From an uncultured Piscirickettsiaceae bacterium (GTDB taxonomy: Bacteria; Pseudomonadota; Gammaproteobacteria; PS1; Pseudothioglobaceae): 64,000 nt of DNA. Both the position numbers and the translations under genes were made by a program. Below, piece by piece: positions 60,823-64,000 of the stretch. The notes below the pieces were generated by a model. It was not told the DNA's origin. It saw nothing but the letters and a program-made list of their open reading frames with translations, and made no database searches. Location of the stretch: NCBI GenBank assembly GCA_964403565.1, contig CAYOFV010000001.1, positions 4,839 to 68,838 on the forward strand, given 5' to 3'. Each line of letters starts with the position of its first letter. Within the stretch, counting starts at the first letter, position 1.

Positions 60823-62220
60823 TTATCTCATAGATTTTGGAGTAAAGAACGATGAATTATAATCCAAAGTTGCTTTATCACTATTAACAATAAATGTTAC
60901 GTCATTATTTTCGCCAACATTTTTTTCAAATGCAGAAAGGTAAACATAAATAGACTTAACATTTCCAGTTGGAATCATAACTGTGCCAACATCCTTAAGG
61001 ATCTTTAATTCTTTAATTTCTGACTTAATGCTAACTGTTATCGGCATTTCTCCATCAGTTTTATTCATAACTTTAAGTTCATACTTGTTACGAATTGACC
61101 CATCAGATAACTGCACAAACAGTGGTTGACGATCGTGCAAAACGTTAAGACTCATTGGTGCAAGATTTAAAAGACCATAAGTTAAAACTGCCAAAGCTAT
61201 AGTTAAAATGGTTGAATATATAATCACTCTAGGGCGTTTATACAAAGCTTTAAGTGGCTTGTTAAACTTCATCTCATCAAGAGAGGTGTAACGAATAAGA
61301 CCTTTTGGCTTGTTGATCTTTTCCATCACTACATCACAAGCATCGATACATAAACCACAAGTAATACAGCCATACTCTTGACCATTGCGAATATCTACAC
61401 CAGTAGGACAAACTGCAACACACTGATTACAATCAATACAATCACCATTACCCTCAACTTGATTACCTTTCTTCAGCTTTCCACGTGGCTCGCCTCGATA
61501 AAAATCATAGGTTGGCATAATTGTTTGTTTATCTGCCATAGCTCCTTGAATACGAGAGTATGGACAAATCCATAAACATGATTGCTCGCGCATAAATCCA
61601 GCAAATACATATGCACCCAAAGAAATAAAAATGGTAATACCGATAGTAATAGGCGTTAAATTCCAAGTAAAGTAATCATTCCACTCTACTCCAAAATATA
61701 GCATCCAAGTAATACCAGAAAATAGGGCAATAGCTATCCATATAAGATGCTTTGTAAACTTTATACGTATCTTGGTGAAATTCCAAGGTGCGTTTTCTAA
61801 TTTTCGACGTTTAGCCGGAGCACCTTCAACCTTCTCTTCAATAAAGGTAAAAATATCTGTCCAAATAGTTTGGAAACAAAAATATCCACAAAATACTCTG
61901 CCTGCAACTGCAGTCATTGCTGCTAGTAAAATTGCCAAGAACAGCAGTACCATTGTTAGCATCCAAATATCTTGCGGGAAAATTGTTATATCAAATAAAT
62001 GATATTGACGATTTTCTACATCAAATAGAATTGCTTGTTTGCCATTCCAAGTAACATACGGACCAAAGAAAAAAGGCGACCATACAGCAATTGCCAACCA
62101 CTTAAAGTTACGAAACTTACCACCCATACGCTTAGCATGAACAGTTTTTTCACCTAAATTTTGTACCCATTGTTCACCTTCATCATAAAGGTTTTCAACT
62201 TGAATCTTATCCTTTGCCAT
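60823..62220 (-). CDS. ccoG: cbb3-oxidase accessory ferredoxin CcoG/FixG
   Basis: Five TM helices plus CIDCNQCVAVCP and CITCGLCIDACD 4Fe-4S motifs. Confidence 0.88.
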   Translation of the reverse strand: MAKDKIQVENLYDEGEQWVQNLGEKTVHAKRMGGKFRNFKWLAIAVWSPFFFGPYVTWNGKQAILFDVENRQYHLFDITIFPQDIWMLTMVLLFLAILLAAMTAVAGRVFCGYFCFQTIWTDIFTFIEEKVEGAPAKRRKLENAPWNFTKIRIKFTKHLIWIAIALFSGITWMLYFGVEWNDYFTWNLTPITIGITIFISLGAYVFAGFMREQSCLWICPYSRIQGAMADKQTIMPTYDFYRGEPRGKLKKGNQVEGNGDCIDCNQCVAVCPTGVDIRNGQEYGCITCGLCIDACDVVMEKINKPKGLIRYTSLDEMKFNKPLKALYKRPRVIIYSTILTIALAVLTYGLLNLAPMSLNVLHDRQPLFVQLSDGSIRNKYELKVMNKTDGEMPITVSIKSEIKELKILKDVGTVMIPTGNVKSIYVYLSAFEKNVGENNDVTFIVNSDKATLDYNSSFFTPKSMR

Positions 62221-62282
62221 AGTCCTATTAATAGCCTGTAATTTGTGTGCTTATAATACCATTAAAACCCTAAAGTTTTTTC

Positions 62283-62296
62283 TTGATAATAATCAA
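62283..62296. promoter_or_regulatory. canonical FNR/ANR box TTGAT-aata-ATCAA upstream of ccoG
   Basis: Perfect match to TTGAT-N4-ATCAA. TATTAT (minus strand, 62258..62253) starts 31.5 nt from the box centre. Confidence 0.6.
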
Positions 62297-62474
62297 GATG
62301 GTGTATTCCTATGCGCATTATATAAACTTTCACCTCATTAATAAAACAAAAATAATTGATACAAATAATCGACAAAAACGATTATTAGAGACTTTTATCT
62401 AAATACCAATGCAAAAGAGTTAACAAAATAGCTCTCTGATATAATGTTCGTTTTTTCATTAATAAGAAATCAAC

Positions 62475-63290
62475 ATGCAAGATATCATTGAACAGGCTTT
62501 TGAGGACAGAGCAAATATTAATCCACAAACAGCATCTAACGAAGTAAAGCAAGCAGTTGCTGAAGCAATTCATTTAATAGACTCTGGTCAGGCTCGAGTT
62601 GCCGAACAAAAAGGTGTTGGCGATTGGGTTGTTAACGAATGGTTAAAAAAAGCTGTACTGCTATCTTTTCGTCTAGAGGATAACGTTCCTATGTCTGGCG
62701 GATTTACTCAATATTATGATAAAGTGCCTTCAAAATTTGCCGACATGACACCAGAAGAATTTAAAGCTAGTGGCGTACGTGTTGTACCACCAGCGACTGC
62801 TCGACGTGGCTCATATATTGCTCCTGATACTGTACTTATGCCATCATATGTAAATATTGGTGCATATGTTGATTCTGGAACTATGGTTGACACTTGGGCA
62901 ACAGTTGGTTCTTGCGCGCAAATTGGTAAAAATGTTCACCTGTCAGGTGGTGTTGGTATTGGCGGTGTTCTTGAACCACTTCAAGCATCACCAACAATTA
63001 TTGAAGACAATTGTTTTATCGGCGCACGTTCAGAAGTAGTTGAAGGTGTTATTGTTGAAGAGGGCTCAGTTATTTCTATGGGTGTATATATCGGCCAATC
63101 AACTAGAATATTTAATCGCGAAACTGGCGAAGTATCTTACGGTAGAGTTCCTGCTGGATCAGTTGTTGTGTCTGGAAACCTGCCTTCAAAAGATGGTAGT
63201 TATTCGCTATATTGTGCTGTAATTGTTAAGCAAGTTGATAGCAAAACCTTATCAAAAGTTGGTATTAACGAACTACTTAGAGGCATTTAA
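62475..63290 (+). CDS. dapD: tetrahydrodipicolinate N-succinyltransferase
   Basis: 271 aa; hexapeptide-repeat left-handed beta-helix region and DapD N-terminal domain. Confidence 0.92.
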   Translation: MQDIIEQAFEDRANINPQTASNEVKQAVAEAIHLIDSGQARVAEQKGVGDWVVNEWLKKAVLLSFRLEDNVPMSGGFTQYYDKVPSKFADMTPEEFKASGVRVVPPATARRGSYIAPDTVLMPSYVNIGAYVDSGTMVDTWATVGSCAQIGKNVHLSGGVGIGGVLEPLQASPTIIEDNCFIGARSEVVEGVIVEEGSVISMGVYIGQSTRIFNRETGEVSYGRVPAGSVVVSGNLPSKDGSYSLYCAVIVKQVDSKTLSKVGINELLRGI

Positions 63291-63297
63291 CAATTAA

Positions 63298-64000
63298 ATG
63301 GATATTTTATTCTCAACAAAGAAGATAATCTCCTTCTTTGTTGAGCCACTAGGGTTAATATTAACCCTATCCCTTATTGGTTTATATTTTTTATATAAAT
63401 CTGCTTACACAAAAGCTAAATATTTCTTAAGCACCTCTATATTGTTATTGCTTGTTTTTAGCTACCCACCAGTCTCCAATAGTCTAATTAAACAATTAGA
63501 AAACAAATACCAAAAATACGATTATAACAATAATAATATTGAATATATCCATGTGTTAGGCAGTGGTCACCACGATAATCCAAAATGGCCTATATCTAGT
63601 CAAATTAGTAATACCAGCTTAAAAAGAACTATGGAGGGTATTAGTATTTTTAAGAAAATAAATAATCCCAATTTAAAGTTAATTTTTACTGGATTTCCAG
63701 GATTTGGAAATCAAATATCTAATGCCGAGATAAATGCAAAAATTGCCAGAATTGCAAATATATCTAACAACAACTTAATTGTTAATGGCAATCCAAAAGA
63801 CACTCAGGAAGAAGCTAAATTCGCCAAGTCAATTGTTGGAAGTAAACCATTTATACTAGTAACTTCAGTATCACACATGGACAGGGCAATAGAATTATTT
63901 ACAAATATGGGTATGAACCCAATTGCTGCTCCGACAGAATTTAAGAAAAGTGCAAAGGTAGAATGGTTGTCTGCCCCAAGTATATCGTCTATCAAAAAAT
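63298..64000 (+). CDS. YdcF/ElyC-family (DUF218) protein, truncated by the window end
   Basis: My own translation: MDILFST.. with N-terminal TM helices and ..ILVTSVSHMDRA.., which resembles the DUF218 LVTSxxHMxRA motif. Not in the track because it runs off the window. Confidence 0.6.
   Translation, partial: MDILFSTKKIISFFVEPLGLILTLSLIGLYFLYKSAYTKAKYFLSTSILLLLVFSYPPVSNSLIKQLENKYQKYDYNNNNIEYIHVLGSGHHDNPKWPISSQISNTSLKRTMEGISIFKKINNPNLKLIFTGFPGFGNQISNAEINAKIARIANISNNNLIVNGNPKDTQEEAKFAKSIVGSKPFILVTSVSHMDRAIELFTNMGMNPIAAPTEFKKSAKVEWLSAPSISSIKK

Overview
This is an AT-rich, tightly packed chromosomal window; many gene ends abut or overlap by 1-20 nt. From gene content I infer core genome of a sulfur-oxidising, CO2-fixing gammaproteobacterium, SUP05/Thioglobus-like. 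That is an inference, not a search result; all functions below come from motifs read in the translations, with no database search.

I support about 66 CDS and 2 tRNAs:
- tRNA-Gln(UUG), whose 5' end overlaps the ispE stop.
- tRNA-Ile2(CAU), directly after rpoD.

I found no rRNA, CRISPR array, transposase or integrase.

Main blocks:
- Housekeeping genes: accA, tilS, ybeY, priA, bioA, gph, proC, rsmE, pepP, trpD, orn, ispE, prs, rpoD, cysQ, nadC, lpxB, yhbY, lysA, aat, nudE, leuB, cysS, argS, polA, dapD.
- A sat-aprM-aprB-aprA sulfite-oxidation operon (44.9-49.6 kb).
- A pyrophosphate-economy cluster, pfp-adk-unknown-hppA (38.2-43.5 kb).
- A periplasmic block of two MBL-fold proteins plus a tandem rhodanese (25.7-28.6 kb).
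- ccoG plus a FixH-family gene behind a perfect FNR box.
- A canonical 56-aa rubredoxin missing from the ORF track (33875..34045, minus strand).

Best candidates for something new:
1. A visibly more AT-rich islet at 30.4-32.4 kb. It holds an RHH/RelE-ParE toxin-antitoxin cassette bracketed by exact 15-bp direct repeats. Convergent to it is an orphan 335-aa protein with an unassignable soluble N-domain and three C-terminal membrane helices.
2. A 388-aa unknown between adk and hppA with an HxH (HIT/GalT-like) signature. It is a possible APS:phosphate adenylyltransferase partner of adenylate kinase.
3. A 61/62-identical duplication of the znuC 3' tail.
4. A long hairpin element at the 3' end of tRNA-Ile2.
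5. Three tandem perfect hairpins after aprA.
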